Positions 1 through 11,104 are shown, counted from the first letter of the stretch. The stretch: 64,000 nucleotides of DNA from an uncultured delta proteobacterium (GCA_963755715.1 CAVWLW010000024.1:64001-128000); one strand, 5' to 3'. Numbers and translations are program-made. Notes: generated by a model not told the origin, from the letters alone.

Positions 1-348
1 GCTTTCGTGACGCGACGCTCGTGGGCGGAGAAGAATCGGCCGGTGATGGTGCGTTTCATGAAAGCGATGGTTCTTACGTTTCGTTGGATGTTTGAAAACC
101 GCGATCTCTGCGTCGAATTCCTCTCGAAGGAGATGCAGCTTAAACCGTTGCACGCGCGCAAGGGCTGGGAATTTTATACGCAGACTCGCTTCTGGCCGCC
201 GGACGGTGATGTAACGTTAGAGGGACTCAAGAACAATATTCGTTTTTACGCCGAGCAGACCGGCGCTAAGGGACCGTTGCCTGACGCGAGCAAGTACGTG
301 GATCAGAGCTATTTGCGCGATGCGCTGAAGGAGATCGACAAACGATAG
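1..348 (+). CDS. ABC substrate-binding protein, NMT1/SsuA/THI5 type (C-terminal part; 5' end outside window)
   Basis: C-terminus (FMKAMV...YVDQSYLRDAL) resembles the C-termini of the NMT1-type SBPs at 2914, 61032 and 62673; frame is open from the window edge. Confidence 0.75.
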   Translation, partial: AFVTRRSWAEKNRPVMVRFMKAMVLTFRWMFENRDLCVEFLSKEMQLKPLHARKGWEFYTQTRFWPPDGDVTLEGLKNNIRFYAEQTGAKGPLPDASKYVDQSYLRDALKEIDKR

Positions 349-351
349 CAA

Positions 352-376
352 TCAGGCGCTCGAATCGAGCGTCTGA
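352..376. terminator. hairpin between convergent genes, possible bidirectional terminator
   Basis: tcaggcgctcga-a-tcgagcgtctga inverted repeat (one G-T pair) between the stops at 348 and 390; no clear U-tract. Confidence 0.45.
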
Positions 377-389
377 ATGGTGGCGTAAC

Positions 390-1553
390 TCAGTGATGCG
401 CGCGAATTAGGTTCTGGCCCAAGCGCCAGCGCAGCACTTCGTTGGCGCCTTCGGTGATGCGCGTGCTGCGGATTTGCCGGTACCACCATTCGAGCGGCAG
501 CTCCTTCATTAAACCCAAACCGCCGTGAACCTGGATGGCGCGATCGACGACTCGGCTCGCCATCTCCGTCGCCATGACTTTGACCATGTAGGACAGGTCG
601 CGCACGTCTTCACCGCGATCGACGCGCCAGGCGCATTCGTAAACCATGTTGCGCACGGCATGCAGCTCCATCGCCGAATCGGCGATCATGAATTGGATCG
701 CTTGGCGGTCGGCGAGAGGCCGGCCGAAAGTCACGCGAACTTTCGAGTATTCGATCATCATGTCGAGTGCGCGCCGCGCGATGCCCACCGGTCGCGCGCC
801 GTGGCCGCGGATGCGTCCTTCGCCGATCCATTTTTGCGCGATGGAGAAACCGCCGCCGACTTGGCCGATGACGTTTGCGGCGGGCACGCGCACGTTGTCG
901 AAGACGAGTTGCCAAGGCGCTTCCCCCATCATCGTCGGCCACTGCCTTTCGAGGAGCACGCCGGGGCTTTTCAAATCGACGGCGAAACAGGTAATACCAC
1001 CGCGCGCTTTCTTCTCCGGATCCGTCACCGCCATCAACTGCGCGTAGTCGGCGCGTCCCGCGGCGGTTATGAATCGCTTCGTGCCGTTGACAACGAAGTC
1101 GTCGCCGTCTTTGACCGCCCGCGTGCGCATGTTCGCCGGATCGCTGCCTGCGTCGGGTTCGGTCTGGGCGAAGCAGAATCTCAGCTCGCCGCGCAGCACG
1201 GGCTCGAGAAATCTTTTTTTCTGTTCGTCATTACAGTGAAATAGCACGGGCCGGACTTCCGGCCCGAACAGCTCGAGACTGCGAAAGGGCAAGGAAGCGG
1301 CGCGCGCGATCTCCTCGTGAATAATGCAGCGCGGCAAGAGCCCAAGACCCGCGCCGCCGTATTCCGCCGGCACGTCGAGCATCCAAAGCCCCATCGACTT
1401 GGTCTTTTCCTGAAGCGGCGTGAGCAAATGCTCCGGCATCGGCCCTTCGCTGTCGTGGCGATATTCGCGCTCGAGAGGAATCAGCTCCTTATCGACGAAG
1501 CGGCGCACGGTTTCTCTGAGGATTTGAATTTCTTCGGGCAGGTTGAAGTCCAT
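390..1553 (-). CDS. acyl-CoA dehydrogenase family protein
   Basis: FAQTEPDAGSD, NGTKRFIT, RVTFGRPLADRQAIQ, AIQVHGGLG and RITEGANEV (catalytic Glu) motifs; 387 aa. Confidence 0.95.
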   Translation of the reverse strand: MDFNLPEEIQILRETVRRFVDKELIPLEREYRHDSEGPMPEHLLTPLQEKTKSMGLWMLDVPAEYGGAGLGLLPRCIIHEEIARAASLPFRSLELFGPEVRPVLFHCNDEQKKRFLEPVLRGELRFCFAQTEPDAGSDPANMRTRAVKDGDDFVVNGTKRFITAAGRADYAQLMAVTDPEKKARGGITCFAVDLKSPGVLLERQWPTMMGEAPWQLVFDNVRVPAANVIGQVGGGFSIAQKWIGEGRIRGHGARPVGIARRALDMMIEYSKVRVTFGRPLADRQAIQFMIADSAMELHAVRNMVYECAWRVDRGEDVRDLSYMVKVMATEMASRVVDRAIQVHGGLGLMKELPLEWWYRQIRSTRITEGANEVLRWRLGQNLIRAHH

Positions 1554-1614
1554 GAGCGTTTTCCTTCGTTAGGGACGGCTCGTTTTGTATTCAGGTGGGA
1601 TGGCCAGATTAGAA

Positions 1615-1642
1615 AGATTTCTCGCTTTCGCTCGAAATGACA
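1615..1642. repeat. REP-like intergenic sequence (single arm)
   Basis: agatttctcgctttcgctcgaaatgaca resembles GTCATT(T/C)CGAGC-type extragenic palindromic repeats as I recall them; only one copy in the window. Confidence 0.3.
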
Positions 1643-1701
1643 TACGAAACGAGAGACCTTTAATGAACTGCGCGCATGGCCTTGTCGAATTGCACTTCGA
1701 C

Positions 1702-2714
1702 TCACTCGCTCGCGACGATCTTGTTCGCTAGCACGCCGATCTTCGACGACGAGACTTCGACGGTATCGCCGACTTTGAGAAACAGATCGAGCGGCCGTTT
1801 GCCGTCGGGACTGCGGCGCGATTTGTCGGCGGCGGTTCCCGCCGAGGTGCCGCCGGCGATTACGTCGCCGGGCACGAAGGTGAAATCCTGGGAGAGATAT
1901 TCGAGCACATCGGCCGAACGTCCAGATCATCTCTTGGTGTTGTAGCTCTGGCGCACGACGCCGTTGACGCGCGTTTCGGCGTCGACGGTCTTGATGGTCG
2001 AGCTTCACCGACGACGATGCATGGCCCCATCGAAACGGCGCCGTCGAAATTCTTCTGTAAATTGTAGCTCACCGCGCGGTCGGCGCCGCCGCCGTCGCGG
2101 ATGCTCCAGTCATGGAATAAAGTGACGCCCCAAACATACTCGCTGATTTTCGCGGCGGAAATATTTTTGCCGCGTTTGCCGATGACGATGGCAACTTCGC
2201 CCTCATAATCAAAATAGGTGACGCGTTTCGGAAAGGGAATCGTATCGTCCGGCCCGGCGACTTCGGCGGGCACTTTCCAGAATCCCCATTGGCCGGCCTT
2301 TTTGGCCTCTTCGGTAATTTGCTCGATCGACACGTCGGTTTTGCCGAGCCGGTTGGCCCACATCCCGGCCAAGTGCGCGGCGTAGTTGCCGCCGACGCAG
2401 GCGATGCGCCGTTCCGGCCAGGGCGCGTGAAGTTTTACCTCACTGGCTTTGTGCACCACTTTCGGCTCGCCGCGGTCGTCGCTCGGAGCGATTCCAGCGA
2501 ACTGATCGATCACACGGCGCGCTTCTTCCAGTCCGGCGGCGCCGGACTCGATAAACGATAAGAGCCGCGCGGGCAGACGAGTCGCGGCTTGCTCGTCCGC
2601 TTTGGCGTCGCCTTTCTCACGCAAGGATCTAGCTAATCCGTGATTGAGATCGATGACCTTTTCATCGATCAGGGCGCCCACTCGGCGAGCCGCGCCGAAG
2701 ACAACGATCTTCAT
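1702..2714 (-). CDS. fumarylacetoacetate (FAH) hydrolase family protein, frameshifted near the 3' end
   Basis: CVGGNY, FDYEGEVAIVIGK, HDWSIRD and KNFD motifs in ORF 1860-2714; C-terminal PGDVIAGGTSAG in ORF 1702-1908. Confidence 0.9.
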
Positions 2715-2913
2715 GTTCGTCCCTCCAAACCTGGTCGTGTGACATGGCGTACCATCGCCGCGACCGCGCGGTCAAGCGGTGTGTCGAAATTTCCTTGCTC
2801 AGGCAGGATTACTTTTGCGCTAGGCGGCGGCGTGGCTTTTTGATAAGGTCGCGCTGGTTTTTCTTCGAAACCGATAAGCTCGTTCGGCGCAGTTCGTTCA
2901 GGAGACATTCCTC

Positions 2914-3921
2914 ATGAAGCTATCAGAGCTAACTCGTTTTTGTTCCGGCATCCTGTTTTTTTTCGCCTGCCTGGGTTGGTCCGCCGGGTTGTTTGCGGCG
3001 GACAAGCTGATCGGCTTTCATTCCGCGCGCACCATGTCGCAGGCGATGCCGTGGATCTGCGAAGAGGTCGGGTTGTTTCGCAAGTACGATTTGGATTTTC
3101 AGCTCGTTTACATTTCATCCGCGCCGATCGTCACCGCGGCGATCTTGGGCGGCGACGCCCAGGTGGCGATCAGCGGCGGCGAAGCGATCATTCGCGCCTA
3201 CGCCCAGGGAGCCACGGACCTGGTCTTTATCGGCAGCGCGAAAAATACCTTGACGCATAGTATTTTGGCCAAACCGGACATAAAAAGGCCGGAAGATCTG
3301 CGCGGTAAAAAACTCGGTTTGTCTCGCCTCGGCAGCAATTCCCACTATTTCATCATCCAGGCTTTGAGGAAGAGCGGCGTTGATCCGAATGAAGTCAATT
3401 TTATCCAAACCGGCGGGCAAGTGGAAAATCTTGCAGCGTTGCTGAGCGGCAACGTCGATGCCGCGACGATGACCGGGCCATCGGGCGGCACACGGGCCGC
3501 CGCGCAGGGTTTTCGTTACGTGGTTTACGGCCCTGATCTGCATATTCCGTTCGCCGCGGCGACGCTGATCACGCGCCGCTCGCTCCTGAATTCGCACGGG
3601 CCGGCGATCGAGAAATTCTTCCGCGCCACTGCGGAAGCGATGAAGATCTTATTTCTCGATAAAGAGCTGACCTATAAAGTGTTGGCCAAACAGTTGCGCA
3701 TTAACGATCGCAAGCTTTTGGATGCCGCCTATGATGAGGAAATCAAAGTGATGGAGCGGCGCTTAGAATTCAAAAACGAAGCCTTTCAGGCGATCATCGA
3801 CGAAACTTCAAAGGTCGATGCGCGCGCCAAAAAATTAAAACCGCAGGATTTCGTCGACCGCCGCTATCTGGACGGGCTACAAAAAAACGGCTTCTTCGAT
3901 AAACTTTGGTCGGGAAAGTAG
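2914..3921 (+). CDS. ABC substrate-binding protein, NMT1/SsuA/THI5 type
   Basis: Signal peptide; GLFRKYDLD, DLRGKKLGLSRLGS and ALLSGNVDAA segments; GGAG RBS upstream. Confidence 0.9.
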   Translation: MKLSELTRFCSGILFFFACLGWSAGLFAADKLIGFHSARTMSQAMPWICEEVGLFRKYDLDFQLVYISSAPIVTAAILGGDAQVAISGGEAIIRAYAQGATDLVFIGSAKNTLTHSILAKPDIKRPEDLRGKKLGLSRLGSNSHYFIIQALRKSGVDPNEVNFIQTGGQVENLAALLSGNVDAATMTGPSGGTRAAAQGFRYVVYGPDLHIPFAAATLITRRSLLNSHGPAIEKFFRATAEAMKILFLDKELTYKVLAKQLRINDRKLLDAAYDEEIKVMERRLEFKNEAFQAIIDETSKVDARAKKLKPQDFVDRRYLDGLQKNGFFDKLWSGK

Positions 3922-4051
3922 CCGCGCCAAGCCTCACTGCCCAGCGCAAACGGACTGCGTAGCGCTGACAGCTTGCAGCGCGCGTAAGCAACAATCACAC
4001 ACCTGATGCTCATGGACGCCAGTCTGCGTTTGTTATATTCTCAGCGTCATT

Positions 4052-6459
4052 ATGGATAAGCACGAGCCAGCTTCCTATTCGGTGCGCGGCTATTGCGCCC
4101 TGTGCACGGCGCATTGTGCCACCATCGCGACGGTAAAAGCGGGGAAAGTGACTCAGCTTGTTGGTGACCCGGATCATCCGAACGGTGGGGTTTTCTGCGT
4201 CAAAGGCAAAGCCGCGCCGGAGCTCGTCTATCATCCCGATAGGCTCGACTATCCGCTCAAGCGCACGCGACCGAAAGGCGATAGCCGATCCCGGTTGGCA
4301 AAGGATCAGTTGGGATCAAGCGCTGGACGAAATCGCTGAGAAAGCTTATTTCCATTCGAGAACGTTACGGCGCGCGCGCCGTCGCCCTGGCGAAAGGGAC
4401 CGGCGGCGGCACGTCGGTTTCCGACGCTGAACGATGGTTGGCGCGATTCCTCAACAGTTTCGGCAGTCCCAACTGGGTTTCGACGACGCACGTGTGCAAC
4501 TGGCATAAAGACACCGGCTTTACCTATACCTTCGGCGTAGAAATCCCCACGCCCGACGTGGCGCACAGCGGGACGTTTTTGCTCTGGGGCCATAATCCGA
4601 GCTCAACCTCGTTGATTCTCGCCCACGATATCGTTGCGGCGCGCAAGCGCGGCATGAAGATCGTCGCGGTCGATCCGCGCCGGGTCGGTATCGCCGCCCA
4701 GGCGGATGTGCTGCTCCAGGTTCGCCCCGGTGCCGACGGCGCGCTAGCCTTGGCGATGATCGACGTCGTCATTCAAGAAAAACTTTACGACGAAGCGTTC
4801 GTGCGCCAATGGACCAATGGTTGGCTGCTTCTGCGCGACGACACGGGGTTGGCGTTGACCGAAGTCGATTTGACGAGCGCCGGTTCCGCCGAGCGATTCG
4901 TCGCCTGGGATGAAATCAGCGATGCGCCGGTGATCTATGATCCGGCGAGCGGCGGTTTTAAGCGCACTTCTATCCGCCCGGCGCTTTTCGGCAAACGCTC
5001 GGTGCGCTTACAAGATGGACGAGAAATTTCATGCCGGCCGGCGTTCGCCGCATTGGCAACTCTCGCGGTTCAGCATCGCGCGGAGACATCGGCGACGGTT
5101 ACGGGCGTGCCGGCGGAGAAAGTCAGAGAAGCGGCGCGCCTGCTTGCGGCCAATCGCCCGGTGAGCATGTACATGCACAACGGTGTAGGGCAACACACCA
5201 ACGCAACGCAAACGAGCCGGGCGATCGCAACGCTTTATGCGTTGCTCGGAGACATTGACCGACAGGGCGGCAACGTGGTTTTTCCGAAGGCGCCGGCGAA
5301 CGTGGTTTCCGGCAAAGAATTCTTGCCGAAGGAAATGGCCGAGCAGCGAATTGGCCGAGAGCGAAAGCCACTCGGCCCGCCGGCCAAGCCGGGCAACTGC
5401 GCTGCCTACGATATTTTTACGGCGGTTCTCGATGGCCGCCCCTATCCGGTCAAGGCACTTCTCAATTTTGGCTCGAACACGATCATGAACACAGGGGATT
5501 CGCAGCGGGCGCGCGAGGCGTTTCGCGCGCTGGATTTCGCCGTGGCGGCGGAATTTTTCATGACCCCGACGGCAGCCCTTTGCGACTACGTGCTGCCGGC
5601 CGCAAGTTTTCTCGAGAAGAGCAACATGGCTACGACGGCGTTTGCACATCGCCAGCAGGGCAAGCTTCATGTGCAATATCGTCCCGCGGTTGTCGAGCCG
5701 CTGGCGGAGCGGCGCGCCGATGCGTGGATTATTTTCGAACTAGCCAAACGGCTGGGCCTGGGTCAATATTTTTGGGATGGCGATATCGAAGCGGCTTATG
5801 AGTATGAGCTTGCCCCCACAGGACTTTCCTTGAGCCAACTCAAAGCCGAGCCGGGAGGCATTACGGTGCCCGGCGTGCCGCGCTATGCAAAGTATTCTGC
5901 CACCAACGAGCAGGGGATGGCGCGTGGATTCAATACGCCGGACAAGAAAGTGGCGATCTATTCACACAGCTTTGCCGCGCATGGCTTTCCACCGCTGCCG
6001 GTGTACGAGGAACCGTTGATGAGCCCGGTTAGCCGGCCGGATATCGCGGCCGAATATCCGCTCGTGCTGACCAACGCAAAATTTACCGCCTACATCCATA
6101 GCCAGCTTCGCGCCCTGCCGTCGCTGCGCAAGAATACGCCCGAGCCGAGCGCCGATATTCACCCGGAGACGGCGGCGCTCTACGGCATCGAAGATAAAAA
6201 GTGGCTGAGCATCGAGAGTCCGCGCGGTACGATGCGCGCCAAGGCTCGAGTCACCGACGGCATCGCCCGCGGCGTGGTTTGTTGCCAGCACGGTTGGTGG
6301 CAGGATTGCAAAGAACTCTCAATTTCTGGTTACGACGCCTACGGCGACGAATCGGCCAATCCGAGCCTGTTGATCGGCGCCGAGCTCGCCGATCCGATCA
6401 GCGGATCTTTGCCGCATCGATCTTATCTTTGCCGGGTGCGCCCGGTTGAGCCGTCTTAG
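4052..6459 (+). CDS. molybdopterin (bis-MGD) oxidoreductase of the DMSO-reductase superfamily with N-terminal 4Fe-4S motif; two frameshifts at about 4280-4360
   Basis: CALCTAHC...CVKG iron-sulfur motif, HPDRLDYPLKR, RISWDQALD, VAVDPRR, DYVLPAASFLE and a C-terminal molybdopterin dinucleotide-binding domain (IHPETAA...HGWW); no Tat signal. Confidence 0.9.
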
Positions 6460-6518
6460 AAAAATAAATCTCGATACGTTCTCTATGGGCCGCCGCCAAT
6501 CAGCGCGATTCGGCGCGG

Positions 6519-7580
6519 TTATGAATCCGACTCTTTGAGAATATCTTTGATGCGTCTAATGACATCGGGCGGCTGGGTGACGGTTTTCTCGATTTTTTGC
6601 TGAAGATCGGCGCCGCTGAAATAACTCGCACCGTCCCAATCAACGAGCTTCTTTGCTTCCTGCTGAAAGCTGGCATCGGTTAACATTTTTTCAAAACCGT
6701 CGCGCAGTAGCTGGAGTTTGTCCCGCGGCACGCCGGGCGAAGTCGCAAAGGGCCGATCGAAATCGGTGTAAGCGACCATAATCTCCATGAGACTGAGCGT
6801 CGCCTTGGCGCTGGCGGGGGCAAGTTCATGAATGGTCGGGACGGTGTCCGGCAACACGCGGCTTTTCGCCGGACCTTGTTGAATCACGAAGGCGATGTAG
6901 CCTTGCTGCACCCAGGTCGGCCAAGGTGGCCTGACCAACGTGATATCCGATGTGGCCCGGCAGTCCGCTTCGCCGCGCTCCAAGCCGAGATCGATCTCGC
7001 GCGCCGAGCCATAGCCGGTCACGTGCTTGACTTTAAAATCTAAAATCTCGGCGACCAGATTGCTGAAGACAAAACTGATGCTGCCGGTGCCGCCTTCGCC
7101 GAAGCGCGGCGGATTTTTTGCCTTGCGCATCGCCTCGATGCTGGTGTGCGGCGAATCTTTGCGGCATGCGATCATCATCGGCGCGCGATTGAAGCTGCCC
7201 ACCCAGTTGAGTTTGCGGAAATCGAGCTTGACTTCCGGCCGCCCGACCATTTGCTCGAGATAGTTAGCGCGATTGACGGCCAAGATCGTCAGACCGTCCG
7301 GCTTGGCGATGTTCGCAAGATAATTTGCCGAAACGATGCCGCCGGCTCCCGGCATATTTTGCGCGATGATGTTTGGATGGCCGGGGATATATTTGCCGAG
7401 ATGGCGCGCCGCCAAGCGCCCGGCCACATCGGTGGCGCCGCCCGGCGAGGTCGAAATGATCATGTTGATCGTCTTGCCTTCATAGAAAGGACGCGCTGCT
7501 GCGGTCTCGCCCGCGGCAGCGCCGTATAACTCCAACACCAAGATTGCGAAAAAAATCGGACGACGTAAATAGCGACGCAT
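6519..7580 (-). CDS. tripartite tricarboxylate transporter substrate-binding protein (TctC/Bug family)
   Basis: SPGGATDVAGR, NMPGAGG, KPDGLTI motifs; signal peptide. Confidence 0.9.
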   Translation of the reverse strand: MRRYLRRPIFFAILVLELYGAAAGETAAARPFYEGKTINMIISTSPGGATDVAGRLAARHLGKYIPGHPNIIAQNMPGAGGIVSANYLANIAKPDGLTILAVNRANYLEQMVGRPEVKLDFRKLNWVGSFNRAPMMIACRKDSPHTSIEAMRKAKNPPRFGEGGTGSISFVFSNLVAEILDFKVKHVTGYGSAREIDLGLERGEADCRATSDITLVRPPWPTWVQQGYIAFVIQQGPAKSRVLPDTVPTIHELAPASAKATLSLMEIMVAYTDFDRPFATSPGVPRDKLQLLRDGFEKMLTDASFQQEAKKLVDWDGASYFSGADLQQKIEKTVTQPPDVIRRIKDILKESDS

Positions 7581-7778
7581 GTTTTGTCCTCGTATCTATG
7601 AAGCTTTCTTAGTTAAGAAAAAGGAAATCGCCGCGCGGGCAGCAATTCGTCGCTGAGCTCCGCGGCGAATCCCGGTGCACAGCAATTTTATCCAACTTGA
7701 CAGCAGCCGGTTTGCTGACATATCTCAAAAATGTTCGGGACTGCAAGAGCGAGTGTGGTCAATTCTTAGCCAGGAGGT

Positions 7779-8763
7779 ATGCAAATGACAGATTTTCGCG
7801 GCGCCGCGAAAGCCCTGCATATCGCAACTTATTCAGGCTGGTATCGCTTCGAACAACGTAATGGTCAGTGGGCGCAGACCGAGAAGGCGCTGACTTTCTG
7901 GAAGATGACCGCGCTTCAAGTCGATCCGAATGATCCACGCCATATCTACGTGGCGACCGAACATTCCGGTCTCTTTGTCTCTGCCGATGGTGGCGCGGCC
8001 TGGCAACGGGCAAATCCCAACGTGCCGCGCTTGACGACGGTTTCCTTGCTCGCGCTTCCCGGAGCCATATTTGCCGGCACCGTGCCGGCGGCGCTTTACC
8101 GCGCGTCGAACGGCGGCGCCTGGCAGGAGCTGGAAGGCGTGCGCGCCGGCGCGCACGGCGGCAGTTTCCCGCCAAGCCCGGAGTTGGGCGCGCGCACGCG
8201 CTTTATCGCCGCCGACAACGTAGACGCCGCGCCGATTTTTTGCCGCCATCGAAGTCGGCGGCATGCTCGTCAGCGACGATGAAGGGCGGCATTGGACTCC
8301 CGCCGTGGCGGGATTGGACGATCCTGACGTGCATCAAATTCTCCCGAGCTCGCGAACCAGAGGACTTGTCGTCGCCGCTTGCGGCGAAGGTATTTATCGG
8401 AGCTTGGATCGCGGCGAGCATTGGGAAAAAGTTACGCCGAGCGGAGCGCGTGATTTCGGCTCAGCGGTCACCGAAGACGGCACTGGTGCGATTTATCTTG
8501 GCTTAGCGCTTGGCCGGCCAAACACTTGGCTGCGCAAACAGCGCGCCGACGCGGCAATTTTCGTCAGCAAGGACGGCGGCGCGCATTGGGACAGCGCGAC
8601 CGCAGCGTTGAGTGGCGGGGTGATGGCCATGTGTCCGGCAGTCGGCGGCGAGGGTGTCTTCGCTTCGACATCGGAAGGCGACGTCTTGCAGGTCGACTCA
8701 TCCGGCGCGCGCAAGATCATCGGCGGGCTGCCGTCTATTACGGCGCTTGCCGTGGGCGCGTAA
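7779..8763 (+). CDS. BNR/Asp-box beta-propeller protein (WD40/YVTN/BNR-like), frameshifted at about 8240
   Basis: Repeated S-x-D-x-G-x-x-W Asp-boxes (SADGGAAW, SDDEGRHW, SLDRGEHW, SKDGGAHW) across ORFs 7779-8282 and 8263-8763; AGGAGG RBS. Confidence 0.8.
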
Positions 8764-8768
8764 AAAAC

Positions 8769-9812
8769 TTACTTGCGCGAGATCTGCAGCAGGAGCTTGT
8801 TCCATCTCTCGACCGTGTTGGCGTATTCATAGGTCGACAGACCCTGCTCCGGATACCAGCGCTTGAAACCGGAGTCTTTGCGCGCCGTACCGTAGCCGTA
8901 TTTTTCTGAAAACAATTTTTGGCCTTCGGGGCCTATCATGAAATCGATGAACAAGAGCGCTGCGTGAGGATGTTGCGTGTGTAGGAATGCCGCCAAGCTG
9001 CCCGCATTGGTGGGCACAAGGTCGCCGGGAAGCCACGCCACCGGCGCGCCTCTGGCCGCGGCCAACCTGACGTTGCTGTCGACGGCGGTAAACGAGAGCG
9101 GCACCTCGCCGGAAACGATCAACTCATTCAAGCCGAGCGCCGGCAGCGCATATTGTTTGATGTCCTGAGCCGCTAACTTCTTGACGAAGCCATCGCCTTT
9201 TTGTTTGAGCATGGCGCCGACGACTCGGCTGCCCATTTCCTCATTGCTGATGCCGATCTTGCCTTTGAGCGCGGGCTTCAAGAGATCATCGAAGCTTTTC
9301 GGCACATCGGCATTCGGAATAGCATTCTTGTTGTATCCGATACCGGCATACGATTCGCGATCGACAGTCGTGTAGAACAAACCGGCCGGCGCCTTGTCCT
9401 TCGAGCCTTCCGGATAGTCGCCGAGGTGCGGCGAATTGTACGGCAGCAGAAGTTTATTATCGCGCACGAGCATCAAGGAACCGGGAGTGGTCTCGATGGT
9501 ATCGACGATGTAACGCTTGGCTTGAGCCTCGCTCAAGATTCTGCTCGCCAGATTCACCGCCGGCGCGCGATAGAGCTCAACGGAGACGCCGGGATATTTC
9601 GTTTCGAAAGCCTTCGCCATCTCTTTGTACACGGTAAGCGACGTGTACCAGACAAGCTTGCCTTCGTTCTTGGCGCCTTCATAAAGCACGCGCTCGCGGT
9701 CGGCGCCCAGATACTTTGCCAGGTCGGCGGCGGTCTTGGGCTGCGCGGACTGGCACCATGCGCTTCCCAACATGTTCGCCATCAGGAGAATCGCAAGGAG
9801 CGACGTTTTCAT
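8769..9812 (-). CDS. ABC extracellular solute-binding protein, Fe3+/FbpA-like class
   Basis: AKNEGKLVWYTS, GYNKN...PKSFDDLLKP, HPHAALLFIDF motifs; signal peptide from the ATG at 9812. Confidence 0.88.
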   Translation of the reverse strand: MKTSLLAILLMANMLGSAWCQSAQPKTAADLAKYLGADRERVLYEGAKNEGKLVWYTSLTVYKEMAKAFETKYPGVSVELYRAPAVNLASRILSEAQAKRYIVDTIETTPGSLMLVRDNKLLLPYNSPHLGDYPEGSKDKAPAGLFYTTVDRESYAGIGYNKNAIPNADVPKSFDDLLKPALKGKIGISNEEMGSRVVGAMLKQKGDGFVKKLAAQDIKQYALPALGLNELIVSGEVPLSFTAVDSNVRLAAARGAPVAWLPGDLVPTNAGSLAAFLHTQHPHAALLFIDFMIGPEGQKLFSEKYGYGTARKDSGFKRWYPEQGLSTYEYANTVERWNKLLLQISRK

Positions 9813-9938
9813 TTCTTGCCTCCCGAGATGCTGCGCTGCTTTTGCTAGCAATATTCAATAACGGAGTGCTATGTCAATTGTAGCAAAGGCGAAACCCAAC
9901 ACGATTCGGGAAACATAAATAAAAAAGGAGATGAAAAC

Positions 9939-10757
9939 ATGTCGATGAATTACGAAACTTTACTTGTGACGAAAGAAAGCGGCATAACGACGATTGCGTT
10001 CAACCGTCCGGAAAAGCGCAACGCGATGAGTCCGCAACTGCACGGCGAAATGTTCGATCTGCTCACGGATCTGCGCTACGACAAGGAGACGCGCGTGATC
10101 GTGCTGACCGGCGCCGGTGAAAACTTTTGCGCGGGCCAGGATCTAAAGCAGTACTCCCTTGAGATGGAAAGCCAGCCCGAGCGCGTGCGCGACGAGGTGC
10201 GCGAGAAAGTGCGGCGCTGGCGCAACGAGATGCTGAGAACTTTACCGCAGCCGGTGATCGCGCGCATCACCGGCTGGTGTCTCGGCGGAGCATTGACGGT
10301 GACCGCCGGATGCGACATCGCCATCGCTTCGGAGGAAGCGCTCTTCGGTCTGCCGGAAGTCAACTTCGGCCATTTCCCCGCCGGCGAAACCACTGCCGTG
10401 TTGACCGAACATCTTCAGCCAAAACACGGTCTTTACTATGCGCTCACAGGAAAAATGATGTCCGCGAAGGACGCCGAGCGCATCGGTTTGATCTCGAGGG
10501 TCGTGCCACGCTCGGAATTAGACAAGGAAGTGGCGGAGCTGGCAAAATGCCTCGCCGAGAAAAGTCCGATGGCACTGAAGGCCGTGAAAGAAGCGTGGTA
10601 TTACAGCTGGTATTCGCCGCCGGATGTCGCCTTCGAGCTTTCCAACTTGATTTCCCAGCGCACGATTCGCGAACATGGCGGCCGACCCGGCCTGGAGCAG
10701 TTCGTTCAGAAAAAACTTCGACCCGTGTCGGGCGTCATGAATTTGCAAAAAGAGTGA
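9939..10757 (+). CDS. crotonase-family enzyme, hydroxycinnamoyl-CoA hydratase/lyase-like
   Basis: NRPEKRNAMSP, AGQDLKQY, GWCLGG, FGLPEVNFG, LYYALTGK and C-terminal GGRPGLEQF parallel the feruloyl-CoA hydratase/lyase sequence as I recall it. Confidence 0.8.
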   Translation: MSMNYETLLVTKESGITTIAFNRPEKRNAMSPQLHGEMFDLLTDLRYDKETRVIVLTGAGENFCAGQDLKQYSLEMESQPERVRDEVREKVRRWRNEMLRTLPQPVIARITGWCLGGALTVTAGCDIAIASEEALFGLPEVNFGHFPAGETTAVLTEHLQPKHGLYYALTGKMMSAKDAERIGLISRVVPRSELDKEVAELAKCLAEKSPMALKAVKEAWYYSWYSPPDVAFELSNLISQRTIREHGGRPGLEQFVQKKLRPVSGVMNLQKE

Positions 10758-11104
10758 GCGGCGCCGCGATATTTTTCGGTGATTTTGTTCTTAGATAGCT
10801 ATTGCGTTGCTATCGAGAACGCTACGCCCGCTTTGGAAGCGGCGCCGCGCCATGCGAACGAGGCCGGGTGTAGCGTCGTCAGCTTGATTTTCCCGAGCGA
10901 ACATCGCGCGCAGATTAAAATCAACCGCCGAGCGTAGTCGTTCTTGCGCTCGCGCCGCGTAGCTGTGCAAACTTCGATCGTTGCGTTTCGCGTCGGTATT
11001 CTTCTCTTTTTTTCCTCCAATTTGTATCGAAACCTCTTACATATTTTGAGGCATCGGAAGCGCTGATACGGCAATTTCGCTGCGATCATTTCGTTGTTCG
11101 TTCG

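Noticed and set aside
4052-6459. Calling the Mo/W enzyme acetylene hydratase, nitrate reductase or formate dehydrogenase
   Set aside because: The Asp13 equivalent is Thr, and no diagnostic partner genes are present.
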